A stretch of DNA of 56,623 nucleotides from an uncultured virus (IMG/VR IMGVR_UViG_3300030101_003884) (IMGVR_UViG_3300030101_003884), one strand, 5' to 3'. Positions 47,023 through 56,467 are shown, numbered from the stretch's first letter. The notes: a model not told the origin generated them from the letters alone. Numbers and translations are program-made.

Positions 47023-47721
47023 TTATTTCTCCATATAAGTCCAGCCAACATTTGAACCAGAATAAACTAATCCAAATCCAGCTCCCTCAGTGTTAACGAC
47101 CAAGTCTGAGGATGCATTTGCTATTTTAGAACTGTTTCTACCTACAGTCAACGCATTAGAATCAAATGTAAATCTTGAATCTATAAAATGAACCTCATCA
47201 CCAACTGCTGGTGATGCAGGAAGTGTTGCAGTAACAGCTCCACCATTTGTATCTACAAAAAGTTTTGCACCTGCTTGAATTGTTTCAGATGCAGTAATAG
47301 TTCTCCATTTTCTGTATTCAACAGCTTTTTCAACATTAGTTCCATCAGAATAAAGAACATAACAATTACCTTCACAAAGTAAAACACCAGTTCCACTAAC
47401 TGTTTTAAAAGTTAATGTAAAACCAGCATGGTCTGTGCCATCAACAACATTATAAACTTTTTCTATACTATTTGGAATAGTCACAGTTCTGTTTGCTGCT
47501 AATGTGCCTGTTAATTTTAAAGTTGCATTTCTAGCATTTGAAATAGTCTTATCAGTCATTACTAATGCAACATCTGAAGAGGCTACATCTATTGCTTGAT
47601 ATCCAGCAATCGCTTGTTGAACTAAATTTAAATTATTGTTTGTAAGGTCACCCCAAGTACCAGCGTTTTCGCCGGTTACCATAAGTTCAAGTTTTAAATC
47701 GCTTGAAAAACTACTTGACAT
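47023..47721 (-). CDS. Tail fibre/baseplate-wedge-like protein
   Basis: GENAGTWG; VDT...TLPASPAVGDEV...GW. Confidence 0.75.
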   Translation of the reverse strand: MSSSFSSDLKLELMVTGENAGTWGDLTNNNLNLVQQAIAGYQAIDVASSDVALVMTDKTISNARNATLKLTGTLAANRTVTIPNSIEKVYNVVDGTDHAGFTLTFKTVSGTGVLLCEGNCYVLYSDGTNVEKAVEYRKWRTITASETIQAGAKLFVDTNGGAVTATLPASPAVGDEVHFIDSRFTFDSNALTVGRNSSKIANASSDLVVNTEGAGFGLVYSGSNVGWTYMEK

Positions 47722-47755
47722 AAAATTCTCCTAAATAATTACAATTATACATATA

Positions 47756-48733
47756 TTACGCTGCCAAATCAACCTCTGACCAAGTATTTGATACTCCTAG
47801 GTCTATTTCAGACCATGAAGTAATACTAACTGCGCCAATACTTGATGTCAACGCTATGCCTGTAAGGTCAACTAATCCATTTGCAGTAATACTATCTTCT
47901 CCTAAAGCTGAAGTAATTGACAATCCTGTGACATCCACTTCTACACCTGGTACACCTACAGCTGCACCAATTGACATATTTGCTATATTTCCACTAGGTG
48001 ATTCTGTTGTTGTTTGAACTAATGTGAAAGTGCCTAATGAAAATGAAGCTTGTATACCAGAAACATCTACTGGAGTTTTTAAACCACCAACCGTATTACC
48101 TTGAGATGATGTTATTGACTGTCCTGTGACACTTACATTTGCGTGTCCCTCAAAACTAAGAGTTCCAATTGTAAAATCAAGCTGATCTTCAGAAGCAAAA
48201 ACAGTTATATCTTGATCTATTTGTAATGAAATGCTTCCTAATGTAAACGAAGCTTGAACACCACTTACAGCTGCATCGAAACTTGCAGATCCTGTAGCAG
48301 CTCCAATTGAAGAAGTTATTGTTTGACCAGTAGGGATTACAGAAAAATTATCTCCCCATGCAAATTCACCCCATTCAGCTCTACCCCAACCTTCTCCTGT
48401 TAAAGTAGATTCATCTACAGTAGCAGCTCCTATACTTGAAGTCATAGAAATACCAGAAGTAATTGCACCTATTCCCACTACGGCTTGACCAACAGCCATA
48501 GATTCTAAACTTCCAGTGACTAATACTAAAGCAGAAGTACCACCAACAGAGGTTCCTTGTGACGATGTTAATTGAATTCCAGTAACATCTACATCTGCAT
48601 TTGCAGTGGTTGTGACTGAACCTTGGCTTGTAGTTATTGAAAGTCCTGATCCACCCCAGTCATTTGAACCCCAGGTAGATTGACCCCAATATTCAGAGCC
48701 TGGTGACTGTACTATAACTGTAATATCAGCCAC
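47756..48733 (-). CDS. Ser/Thr/Gly-rich virion structural protein
   Basis: WG..W repeats and VxVTG repeats. Confidence 0.7.
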   Translation of the reverse strand: MADITVIVQSPGSEYWGQSTWGSNDWGGSGLSITTSQGSVTTTANADVDVTGIQLTSSQGTSVGGTSALVLVTGSLESMAVGQAVVGIGAITSGISMTSSIGAATVDESTLTGEGWGRAEWGEFAWGDNFSVIPTGQTITSSIGAATGSASFDAAVSGVQASFTLGSISLQIDQDITVFASEDQLDFTIGTLSFEGHANVSVTGQSITSSQGNTVGGLKTPVDVSGIQASFSLGTFTLVQTTTESPSGNIANMSIGAAVGVPGVEVDVTGLSITSALGEDSITANGLVDLTGIALTSSIGAVSITSWSEIDLGVSNTWSEVDLAA

Positions 48734-48750
48734 TAGGCTCCTCCTTTAAA

Positions 48751-49194
48751 TTAAGCTAATCTTAATATGGCAGCAGAAGTTGTGAACGCAGGAAATTGAA
48801 TTGTAAAAGTTCCAGACGTTGCAGTTTTATCACCACCAAAATCTAAAACAGCTACAGCATCGGTTGTGTTAGAACCACCATCTGTAGTTGTGTTGTAAAT
48901 TAAAGCTCCTCTTGCAGTAAGAGTTACGTTTTGAAAAGATAAATCAGCAAAATCAGTAATCGCTACTGAAGATGAAACTTTAACACCTTGATTTACTAAA
49001 GCACTTCCACCAGCTGAATAGTTTGATGAAGATACTTCATTAGCAGTTGCATAGTTTGTTGTTGATTTACCTAAAGTTGCAGAACTTGTGTACATCGCTA
49101 ACTTGTAAGTGTCAGATGATGTATCAAAGTCATGCTTTCCTTGTAATAATTCTTTTTTAAAAGAATCACAGATTGCATTTGTTGTTATTGCCAT
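48751..49194 (-). CDS. Virion structural protein
   Basis: SFKKELL, ARGALIYN, VLDFGGDK. Confidence 0.75.
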   Translation of the reverse strand: MAITTNAICDSFKKELLQGKHDFDTSSDTYKLAMYTSSATLGKSTTNYATANEVSSSNYSAGGSALVNQGVKVSSSVAITDFADLSFQNVTLTARGALIYNTTTDGGSNTTDAVAVLDFGGDKTATSGTFTIQFPAFTTSAAILRLA

Positions 49195-49207
49195 AGTGGC
49201 CTCCTTA

Positions 49208-49870
49208 TTAATTTGTGTTCGGAGAAGGACTAGGAATTTTTATTCTTGGAACCCCATCGTCATACTCCGCTCTTCTTCTTCTACCCATTTGTTGTAGGGC
49301 AAAATTTTGTACTTCCTCATTATACTTGGTTTCATACAACTTGTACATATCCATAGGGCCTTTTAAAAATCTAAAACATTCTGCAAGTACGCCATGCAGT
49401 AACATAGATTCTTGGTATTTTGCTAAATAAGTTTGATTAGTAGATGTAAATTCAGGAGGATCTTTAATATAATTAATTTGAACTGTATCAGCAGCAGCAG
49501 GAGTAGGTGCTACAATTATATTAAATTCATCCCAATTTGCATAATATTTTGGAACTCCTTGTGTGCCTGTCCCATTAAATTCAGATATAAAACTTGTATC
49601 TCTTTTTTCTAAAAAACTTCTATTACCACTTGAGTCAAGATGTTCTACAGATCTTAAAACTAAAACATCTGATGGCATTGATACAGCCCTATTTCCTGCA
49701 GTAAAAACTGATGTTGCATATTTTCTTAAATCATCATAATCAACTTTACCAGCTACATCTAATTCAACGTTTCTGATAAATTCTTGTATTTGTGAATCTG
49801 ACAAAACGGTACTACTTACTTCTGTGTAGTTTCTTACTTGTGTTAAAAAATCTGAATGTGTAATTGCCAT
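49208..49870 (-). CDS. Head-tail adaptor protein
   Basis: PKYYA...APTP...LLHGVL motifs. Confidence 0.7.
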   Translation of the reverse strand: MAITHSDFLTQVRNYTEVSSTVLSDSQIQEFIRNVELDVAGKVDYDDLRKYATSVFTAGNRAVSMPSDVLVLRSVEHLDSSGNRSFLEKRDTSFISEFNGTGTQGVPKYYANWDEFNIIVAPTPAAADTVQINYIKDPPEFTSTNQTYLAKYQESMLLHGVLAECFRFLKGPMDMYKLYETKYNEEVQNFALQQMGRRRRAEYDDGVPRIKIPSPSPNTN

Positions 49871-50331
49871 TAATATCCTCCTACTGCTAATTTAGGTTTT
49901 ACTAATAAACCACCTTTCATTTTCTTTTGTGCTGGCATGCCTCTAATAGCTCCTTTACCTTTAGGATTAATTTTACCAGCTACTCTTGGGTTTATATCCA
50001 TTTTATTTTGAAGATGTCCAGCTTCTACACTTTTTCCATAAAGTTTTTTAAAAGTTTTTGGATCAGACATAGATTTTAAATCTATGTTTAAAAAAGTTAC
50101 ACCTCTTCTTCTTCTTTCAGCAGCTTTTTTCTTATAAACAGGATCTTGTTCTTTTCTTTTTCTAGTTTGAAATCTTCTTTTTAATTTTCTATTATATTCT
50201 TTTCTATTTTTTATTCTCTCAATAAATTTTTCTGATGCTTTTTTACCACCCTGAGACAATGCTTCTTTAGCTTTACTTTTATCCCTAGTTATTAGTAATT
50301 TACCTGCTGTGGTTGCTATTCTATAAATCAT
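49870..50331 (-). CDS. Basic hypothetical protein
   Basis: Lys/Arg-rich; ends KKMKGGLLVKPKLAVGGY. Confidence 0.65.
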   Translation of the reverse strand: MIYRIATTAGKLLITRDKSKAKEALSQGGKKASEKFIERIKNRKEYNRKLKRRFQTRKRKEQDPVYKKKAAERRRRGVTFLNIDLKSMSDPKTFKKLYGKSVEAGHLQNKMDINPRVAGKINPKGKGAIRGMPAQKKMKGGLLVKPKLAVGGY

Positions 50332-50795
50332 TATGAAATACTAACCTCCACTTGACCTATTAATGATAACATTTTTCTTCTTCTGTTTTGTAATGATGGA
50401 TCTTCTGGAACCATACTATGTATGATTGAAGTCTCTTCAACCCCATTAATAGTTCTTGTAATTTCAAAGTCTTGTGTTTTAAATGCAAAGTCACCAGGTA
50501 ATGTTAAGTTGGCAACTCCTACTGAAGCTCCACCTGAATTGGTAATTGTAACATCGCTTGTATTAGTATTTATAAAAGGTTGTATTGGTTGTTGAAACTT
50601 CATGTTTCTTGAATTTTGTAAAGCTATCGCATCCGCAGTATGATGTCTTCTTCTAATTTGTGGATGTTTAGGTTCGAATTCAGATGTATGTACTAAAGAT
50701 CCATTCCATTCTTTTACCATTTCAGTGTAAGGAAAAGCCATTCCAGATCTATCTGATATAGCTTGTGATCTTTTACCTGTTGCATATTTTGCCAT
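50331..50795 (-). CDS. Conserved hypothetical protein
   Basis: ISDRSGMAFPY..M..EWNG...EFEPKHPQ. Confidence 0.75.
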   Translation of the reverse strand: MAKYATGKRSQAISDRSGMAFPYTEMVKEWNGSLVHTSEFEPKHPQIRRRHHTADAIALQNSRNMKFQQPIQPFINTNTSDVTITNSGGASVGVANLTLPGDFAFKTQDFEITRTINGVEETSIIHSMVPEDPSLQNRRRKMLSLIGQVEVSIS

Positions 50796-50796
50796 A

Positions 50797-51492
50797 TTAT
50801 ATTCCTTGTGGGTAAAAAGATTGAGGAGTAATAAATGTAGATGCTCTTTGACCATCTTCATCAAGAGCTCTTTTTAATTGATCCTCATAAATTAATTTAT
50901 TTTGTTGTACTAATTGTGGTGCGTTTTTCATAGATAGATAGTATGCTAAACCTGCAACCATACATGGTAAAAATCTAAAAACCACATCAGCTTCATTTGT
51001 ATAATTACCAGCATCTTCAATTCTTTTAATTACATAATATTTAAGAGTTGTATAAGTGTTTAAATCTGGTGCCTGATAAAGATATATTTTTGGAGTTGTT
51101 TCTCTTTCAACATAATATTGGGATGGTTGTCCTGTAGCTAATTTGTTAGGAAGTGCAGCATATGCAGATCTATCAATTTTTGTTAAAGATACATCTTGTG
51201 TGTTTGCGTTATTAGATCCTGCAGCAGTTGAGGATACAAAAGCTTCTAAAACATCACTTACTCCAGCACTAACACTATATTCAGCTTGACCAGAAACTAA
51301 TGCGTTTTCATGAAGAGCCACTTTCCACAGGTGTATTCCTCTATTAGCCCATTCTGCAAATAATAAATTTAAACTTGTTCTAGCAGATTTTAAACTATGA
51401 CCACTAGTTGTAGTCATACCACATCTTTCATAAGCTTCTTGTATTATTTCCTCTATTGATAGGTCAAAACTAGTAGTTCCTGAAGTCGCCAT
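50797..51492 (-). CDS. Head-tail connector / tail tubular A-like protein
   Basis: EAYERCG, EWANRG, GQPSQY, RFLPCMVAGLAYY. Confidence 0.75.
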   Translation of the reverse strand: MATSGTTSFDLSIEEIIQEAYERCGMTTTSGHSLKSARTSLNLLFAEWANRGIHLWKVALHENALVSGQAEYSVSAGVSDVLEAFVSSTAAGSNNANTQDVSLTKIDRSAYAALPNKLATGQPSQYYVERETTPKIYLYQAPDLNTYTTLKYYVIKRIEDAGNYTNEADVVFRFLPCMVAGLAYYLSMKNAPQLVQQNKLIYEDQLKRALDEDGQRASTFITPQSFYPQGI

Positions 51493-51613
51493 TATTATCC
51501 TTTTTACGGTTGTACAATTTCTTGGATTGTATCACTTTTTGACTAAATTTTGAAGACCTTAGACTTTTTGCTATATAATTTGGCCAAGACACGTTTTTTC
51601 TTCTTTTTTTCAT
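51470..51613 (-). CDS. Small basic protein (47 aa)
   Basis: Manual ORF with VIQSKKLYNRKK. Confidence 0.45.
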   Translation of the reverse strand: MKKRRKNVSWPNYIAKSLRSSKFSQKVIQSKKLYNRKKDNNGDFRNY

Positions 51614-51674
51614 CTCTTGCGCCTCTCAGTTTACCTTCAACTTGTTTTCTTATTTGACCTCTACTTATTGGCAT
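51543..51674 (-). CDS. Small basic protein (43 aa)
   Basis: Manual ORF MPISRGQIRKQVEG... Confidence 0.5.
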   Translation of the reverse strand: MPISRGQIRKQVEGKLRGARDEKKKKKRVLAKLYSKKSKVFKI

Positions 51675-51675
51675 A

Positions 51676-52065
51676 TTAGTTTAATTTTTTCTTTTTAAGT
51701 TTTCTCATCATCATAGCTTTAGCTTTGGTATTCAAACTCTTTGCATAATCAGCTAATCCTCTTCTTGTTTTTCTCATTTCTCTTACAATTGGTTTTTTAC
51801 CTTTTTTTCTTGCGCTAAGTATAACAAATTGTGTCATGTCTACAAGTTTTTGACCTTTAGCTCTTTGTGTATCCAATTTTTGTAAACCTTTCATAAATTT
51901 TTTATCTTTCAAAGATTTTCTATCGGGATCCATTTGTGGTGCTTTTTTATATAAAGCAGCTGTTTTTTTCATAGCTTCTTTTCTAAATTTTTTATAAGGT
52001 TTTGAAGCTACTGCTGCTCTTAATCCTTTTGTTAAAAGTCCACCAAGTAACATTTTTCTGTACAT
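51676..52065 (-). CDS. Basic hypothetical protein
   Basis: Lys-rich; N-terminal KMLLGGLL. Confidence 0.65.
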   Translation of the reverse strand: MYRKMLLGGLLTKGLRAAVASKPYKKFRKEAMKKTAALYKKAPQMDPDRKSLKDKKFMKGLQKLDTQRAKGQKLVDMTQFVILSARKKGKKPIVREMRKTRRGLADYAKSLNTKAKAMMMRKLKKKKLN

Positions 52066-52268
52066 TATTTTTTAAATCCCTTCAGCATTTTGCCATAATA
52101 TTTTTCATAACTTTTATTGCTTATATACTTTCCGTCTATTTCAGAAGTGATGTAACTACCAATGTATGGCTCTTCCTTCATTTTAGTGCCTGGTGCTTTT
52201 GATGTAGTTTCACTGAATGCTGCTCTACCCATTGCAGCTTTAAATTTAATCCTGTGTTTGATAGCCAT
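52065..52268 (-). CDS. Hypothetical protein
   Basis: AAGGAG RBS; SNKSYEKYY. Confidence 0.65.
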   Translation of the reverse strand: MAIKHRIKFKAAMGRAAFSETTSKAPGTKMKEEPYIGSYITSEIDGKYISNKSYEKYYGKMLKGFKK

Positions 52269-52327
52269 GTTTCTCCTTTTTGCAGTTATACAACTTCTTG
52301 GATTGTATCAGTTTTAGTTTGTAAGTT

Positions 52328-52807
52328 CTAGACAAATAGATCTCTTGCATTTCCTAATATAGGTTTATATTTTGTTTTACCATCTTCTTTGAATGCATGT
52401 AAAAATGATGCTCTTGGTGTCCCTTCAATCCAGCTAGCATGAATCCATCCCGAGTTGGGTTCGCTGGGAGTATAAAACTCAAGAATCAATTGATCTGGTT
52501 CTAGATTATTTTTAATCCAATCAAAAAGTTCAACGTTGTCCACACCCGGACACTCGAAATCCGCCGCTTCTGCACGGGCATGTTGGCTGTTCGCTGAGCT
52601 GCCGATGGCTTGACACAAGATAGGACTACGGAACCCACTGGTCACCTTGACCCTTCCAAAATGGTCTCGGACCGGTTGAAGAATATTCTCACACAATGCT
52701 TTTAATTTTTCTATTTGATCAGCATTAGGATTATTATCTATGCCTTTACGTATCGCTGTGTCTGATTTAGTAAGCTCTAATAAGCTAAAGTTACGTGTCA
52801 AATTCAT
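52328..52807 (-). CDS. Endolysin, peptidase M15A family
   Basis: NFSLLEL, SGFRS, SQH...AAD, WIH zinc-binding motifs. Confidence 0.9.
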   Translation of the reverse strand: MNLTRNFSLLELTKSDTAIRKGIDNNPNADQIEKLKALCENILQPVRDHFGRVKVTSGFRSPILCQAIGSSANSQHARAEAADFECPGVDNVELFDWIKNNLEPDQLILEFYTPSEPNSGWIHASWIEGTPRASFLHAFKEDGKTKYKPILGNARDLFV

Positions 52808-53489
52808 TTTTTCCTCCGTTGTTTTCAAAACTTAAATCTTCAGCATTATTTTTTTCTTCCATTTGATAAAACATATTATCTGTATCTTCAGTCACCATTG
52901 TTGTATCCTCTGCATCCCAGTAAGTATTTTGCACTTTATAGTCAGGCCAACTGTTATCAACAGTGTAGCTATTAACATGCCACAAAATACGATTATTAGG
53001 CTGAGCTGCAAAATTGCCGTTAGTAAGAGCCAATATGTGTGCACACTTATGTTCTTGAGGAATTTCAGAATGTTCCACGTCCAAGATATTAGTATCTGGA
53101 TGGGCCCAATCAATAGTGAATAAATACTGTCCATGATAAAATTTTTTATCAATTCCCAAATATTTCCCATTTATACCATCCAACCAATCAAAACAATGAA
53201 CACTAGGCCAATAACTAAAACTATTCCACAATTCCAATTCTTGTACTGCCATATCTGGTACATTTGATCTTTCAAATTTTTTTTGGAAAAAAGCTGAAAT
53301 AGGTAATCGCCAATAACAAGCACCATTCGGTAACATAATGTTAAATAATAAAGCGCGACCTGAAATGGAAGTAAGACCAAAGACAACACAGTCACTACTT
53401 TGTTTTTTATATTTTTCGTCCATGTCATATAGATATTCTTTTCTTACTTTACAATATATCGGAGGTATGTTTGCGTTCAGATAAGCCAT
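52791..53489 (-). CDS. Conserved hypothetical protein
   Basis: YLNANIP, RLPISAF, YLFTIDW, EHKCAH, AAQPNNR. Confidence 0.8.
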   Translation of the reverse strand: MAYLNANIPPIYCKVRKEYLYDMDEKYKKQSSDCVVFGLTSISGRALLFNIMLPNGACYWRLPISAFFQKKFERSNVPDMAVQELELWNSFSYWPSVHCFDWLDGINGKYLGIDKKFYHGQYLFTIDWAHPDTNILDVEHSEIPQEHKCAHILALTNGNFAAQPNNRILWHVNSYTVDNSWPDYKVQNTYWDAEDTTMVTEDTDNMFYQMEEKNNAEDLSFENNGGKNEFDT

Positions 53490-53586
53490 GTTTATATTTT
53501 TCTCTCCAGTAGTTTTTTCTTTCTAAGACTCTAATACGTTTTTCTAATATATCAAATCCTAAAAGTTTTTTTAATAAATATATCAT
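53449..53586 (-). CDS. Small hypothetical protein
   Basis: MIYLLKKLLG...LERKNYWREKY. Confidence 0.5.
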   Translation of the reverse strand: MIYLLKKLLGFDILEKRIRVLERKNYWREKYKHGLSERKHTSDIL

Positions 53587-53804
53587 TATTCTATAATTAA
53601 TTTCTTGATAGATTTTGACCCATCTATATTGTTCTCTAATTCTGCCATAGATTTTATGCACTGGTACTTAACATGTCCATCAATTTTTAAACCACGTTTT
53701 GCAACTCTTTTGCCTTTCAAACACTCAGACATAGATGGTTGTATACGCGCTTCCTTGATCTCTCCCTGTACAATCATAAGTAAGGCTACCACTAACTCTG
53801 TCAT
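53586..53804 (-). CDS. Hypothetical protein
   Basis: VALLM...SECLKGKR...YQC. Confidence 0.7.
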   Translation of the reverse strand: MTELVVALLMIVQGEIKEARIQPSMSECLKGKRVAKRGLKIDGHVKYQCIKSMAELENNIDGSKSIKKLIIE

Positions 53805-53971
53805 ACTACCTTACCTTTGTTTTCACCTTGTTTAATAACATATTTTTGTGTACCATTCTTGCCGTGTTCAACAGATTTTTTTAAATCTTTTACATAATTC
53901 ATTTGTTTAGCTTCTTTATTTATGTGAGCTATGTAGTCTAAAACTTTTTTAGTGATTCGTCCCGTTGCCAT
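53801..53971 (-). CDS. Small hypothetical protein (56 aa)
   Basis: Manual ORF MATGRITKKVLDYIA...YVIKQGENKGKVV. Confidence 0.6.
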   Translation of the reverse strand: MATGRITKKVLDYIAHINKEAKQMNYVKDLKKSVEHGKNGTQKYVIKQGENKGKVV

Positions 53972-54332
53972 TTGCTCTTACCTTATCTTTTAAATCTTCA
54001 ATATCTCTTAAAGCTTTTTCTAATTGTGTGCTTAAAAATTCTATATTAACTTTGTTTGTCATATTTAACTCTTGAGTTTTTTCCATTTTCTCTACACTTT
54101 TATAAAGATCCTCGAGTAAAAAATGTTGCTCTTGGTCTACGGGGACCTGTTCAGATTTTTTTAATAAATCATTTTCAAACAACTCACGTGATGTCTCTAA
54201 CGAAACTAACCTGGCCGTCAGTTCGGTGTATGCGAAGACGCCAGCTGCGACGAGCAAAATCAGAGAGGCGACCGTTTTCATCGGCATCTGCACAGCCGCC
54301 GACTCCGAAATATTTAATGGTTTTTTTGACAT
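53949..54332 (-). CDS. Membrane-anchored coiled-coil protein (possible lysis accessory)
   Basis: N-terminal TM helix then coiled coil; near endolysin. Confidence 0.65.
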   Translation of the reverse strand: MSKKPLNISESAAVQMPMKTVASLILLVAAGVFAYTELTARLVSLETSRELFENDLLKKSEQVPVDQEQHFLLEDLYKSVEKMEKTQELNMTNKVNIEFLSTQLEKALRDIEDLKDKVRANGNGTNH

Positions 54333-54335
54333 AAA

Positions 54336-54419
54336 TTACCTAGTCCATAACCATTCTACTAACTTTTTCCAAGGCCAGCAAATGATATCCCACACCCATT
54401 TAATTATTTTTTTTATCAT
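54336..54419 (-). CDS. Trp-rich micro-peptide (27 aa)
   Basis: MIKKIIKWVWDIICWPWKKLVEWLWTR after GGAGG RBS. Confidence 0.55.
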   Translation of the reverse strand: MIKKIIKWVWDIICWPWKKLVEWLWTR

Positions 54420-54432
54420 ATTTTTATCCTCC

Positions 54433-55476
54433 TTAACATTTCCATCTTCTACGAGCTTGTCTTAATCTTGAATTAGGATCAGCTGCAGCTTTTGGAAATT
54501 TTTTCATTTGACCTGCTGATCTAGCGCAAAATGATTTTCTACGTTTAGCAGCTTTTGATCCTGGCTTTACTTTACCAGTAACAGCTGTTTGTAGTTTTGA
54601 ACCTGGATTTGCTCTTCTATAAGCAGCAACACCAGCTTTTGTCATTCCTGCTCCAGACTTTGTAGATCTAAAATTCTTTTTATTTCGAGCTGGCATAACA
54701 TCACCACCTCTTTTTTTGGTTAATATAAATGTAATTTTTCCACCTTTTGTAGTTACTTTTCCGCCTGGGTTTTCTGCCCTACCAACTTGACCCTCTATTC
54801 TTATCTTTTTATTACCTTTTTTTCCAACATTAAAATCTTTGTTATAAGTTAGATTTTTTTCTTTAACTTTAAATTCTTGTGATCCACTTTTGTGTGTTGA
54901 TTTAGTGTAGTCTAGACCTAGATTACCAAAACGAGTATAGGCATCTATTCCACCCCCTTGTTTATCTATTGTTTGTTGACCTGAAGTAGTTTGTTCTTTT
55001 TTTAAATAAGGTGCTAAAGTTACACCTTTACCCTTATTAAATTTTTTGATGGTTCCACCAAATGTTTTCTTTTTTACATCTGATAATTTATTTTTTAAAT
55101 ACATTTTTGTCATTCTATAATCTGTTAAACTTCCTCTTTGAATATCTTTTTTAAATAGTCTTTCTAAAGTCGGCATAGGAGAAGGTAATTTACCTTTTTC
55201 TTCCGTCCTAGCAGCTGCTCTTCCCTTTCTTGTTCTAACTTTGTGAACTTGAAAAGAGCTGCCTTTTTGTGATTGTTTTTTTACTGGAATAATTACGTTT
55301 TGAGCATCAGATGCTCTAATATTATATCTGCTTAAACTTTTAGTTCCTAGTCCTATTTTTTCTGCAGCCTTTTTAGATTTAGCTGATGATTTTCGATGTT
55401 TTATTTTTTTTAAAACATCTATTAACTTTTTTCCAGCAAATTTACCACCAGAAACTAAAAGTTTTGTTTTACTCAT
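54433..55476 (-). CDS. Basic multi-segment protein
   Basis: C-terminal GMTKAGVAAYRRANPGSKL...RRKSFCAR...RRRWKC domain. Confidence 0.75.
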   Translation of the reverse strand: MSKTKLLVSGGKFAGKKLIDVLKKIKHRKSSAKSKKAAEKIGLGTKSLSRYNIRASDAQNVIIPVKKQSQKGSSFQVHKVRTRKGRAAARTEEKGKLPSPMPTLERLFKKDIQRGSLTDYRMTKMYLKNKLSDVKKKTFGGTIKKFNKGKGVTLAPYLKKEQTTSGQQTIDKQGGGIDAYTRFGNLGLDYTKSTHKSGSQEFKVKEKNLTYNKDFNVGKKGNKKIRIEGQVGRAENPGGKVTTKGGKITFILTKKRGGDVMPARNKKNFRSTKSGAGMTKAGVAAYRRANPGSKLQTAVTGKVKPGSKAAKRRKSFCARSAGQMKKFPKAAADPNSRLRQARRRWKC

Positions 55477-55477
55477 T

Positions 55478-55768
55478 TTACGTAAATGTAATTGTTACAC
55501 CTGCTGTACCACCAATTGTAGCATGAATACCATCAACAAACAAAATACCACTACCTGGTAAATAAAGATCTAGTCCTTCAGTACCAAATAAATATGTTGC
55601 GATTGTAGTTCCAGATGCACCACCACTTTTAAAAATAATAGAACCACTTGCGTTACCTTTAGCTTGTATCGAAGTAAGTCTTGCTCTTTTATTTTGAGCT
55701 ACCATTTGCGCAGTAGATGTTGCATGGGCACTCGACTGGTCTGATGTAAAACTTCCGCCACCTGACAT
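55478..55768 (-). CDS. Small structural protein
   Basis: Beta-rich; PGSGILF..G. Confidence 0.7.
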   Translation of the reverse strand: MSGGGSFTSDQSSAHATSTAQMVAQNKRARLTSIQAKGNASGSIIFKSGGASGTTIATYLFGTEGLDLYLPGSGILFVDGIHATIGGTAGVTITFT

Positions 55769-55786
55769 AATATTCTCCTATAGTTT

Positions 55787-55806
55787 GTGGCTCCCGAAGG
55801 AGCCAC
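55787..55806 (-). other. cUUCGg tetraloop hairpin (mRNA stability element or weak terminator)
   Basis: GTGGCTCC-TTCG-GGAGCCAC, no U tract. Confidence 0.65.
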
Positions 55807-55816
55807 TAATTAATTA

Positions 55817-56371
55817 TTACGCTGCAAATGCAAACGCACCAGTAACAGCTGCCGCTGCACCAGTCATTTCAGTTGCAATGTGCCATGTGCCATCTTCGAA
55901 ACACATGAAAGCAATTTTACTTCCAGTTGTAAAACAGTTAGTTGCCGCGTCAGCTGGAGTGAAAACTAATTGTGTTTCACCTGCTGCTGAAGTATCAAAA
56001 GTTACTTCATTTGAGTTTCTTGACTCAATTAATGACCCTGTTGCCCAAACGTCAGATCCTGCTGCATTAAAAGTCAGAGTAGCAGTTCCGCCTGCTGTAT
56101 CTTTTGATTGAACGTAAACCGCAATCGCACCTCTAGTTGCTGCTGGAAGTGCCACAGCACATGCTGCTGCACCTGTGTAGTTTACAACTGCAATAATCCC
56201 ATCAGCGATTGCAATGTTTGCTGCTGTTGCTGTATCAGCTAAAACTAAACCTGTAAGATCAGGCATGCCTGAACTCATTCTAGTTGTTACTGCACCTGTT
56301 GTTGCATTTTTGGTAGCCATTTGAAAGCCACCTTCAGACCTTACCGGTCCGTTAAAAGTAGTTGATGCCAT
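55817..56371 (-). CDS. Virion structural protein (head fibre/decoration-like)
   Basis: MASTTFNGPVRSEGGF N-terminus; Ala/Thr-rich; follows MCP. Confidence 0.7.
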   Translation of the reverse strand: MASTTFNGPVRSEGGFQMATKNATTGAVTTRMSSGMPDLTGLVLADTATAANIAIADGIIAVVNYTGAAACAVALPAATRGAIAVYVQSKDTAGGTATLTFNAAGSDVWATGSLIESRNSNEVTFDTSAAGETQLVFTPADAATNCFTTGSKIAFMCFEDGTWHIATEMTGAAAAVTGAFAFAA

Positions 56372-56394
56372 AATTTTCTCCTTTGTATAGCGTT

Positions 56395-56455
56395 CGTTAT
56401 GTAGTCTCTATACCGTCTGCCTAGCCAGTCTACATAATAATTATTTTTCTAGGTC
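56395..56455 (-). ncRNA. Structured RNA downstream of MCP, probably Mu-gpT-DE-like
   Basis: TATGTAG/CTACATA stem, internal CTG/CAG hairpin, loop CTAGG complementary to upstream CCTAG. Confidence 0.55.
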
Positions 56456-56467
56456 TTAATATTATAC

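Noticed and set aside
1658..56111. Numerous short antisense or alternative-frame ORFs in the track (e.g. 4312, 10221, 10818, 11804, 34302, 42030, 55785)
   Set aside because: Shadows of well-supported genes on the opposite strand or in another frame
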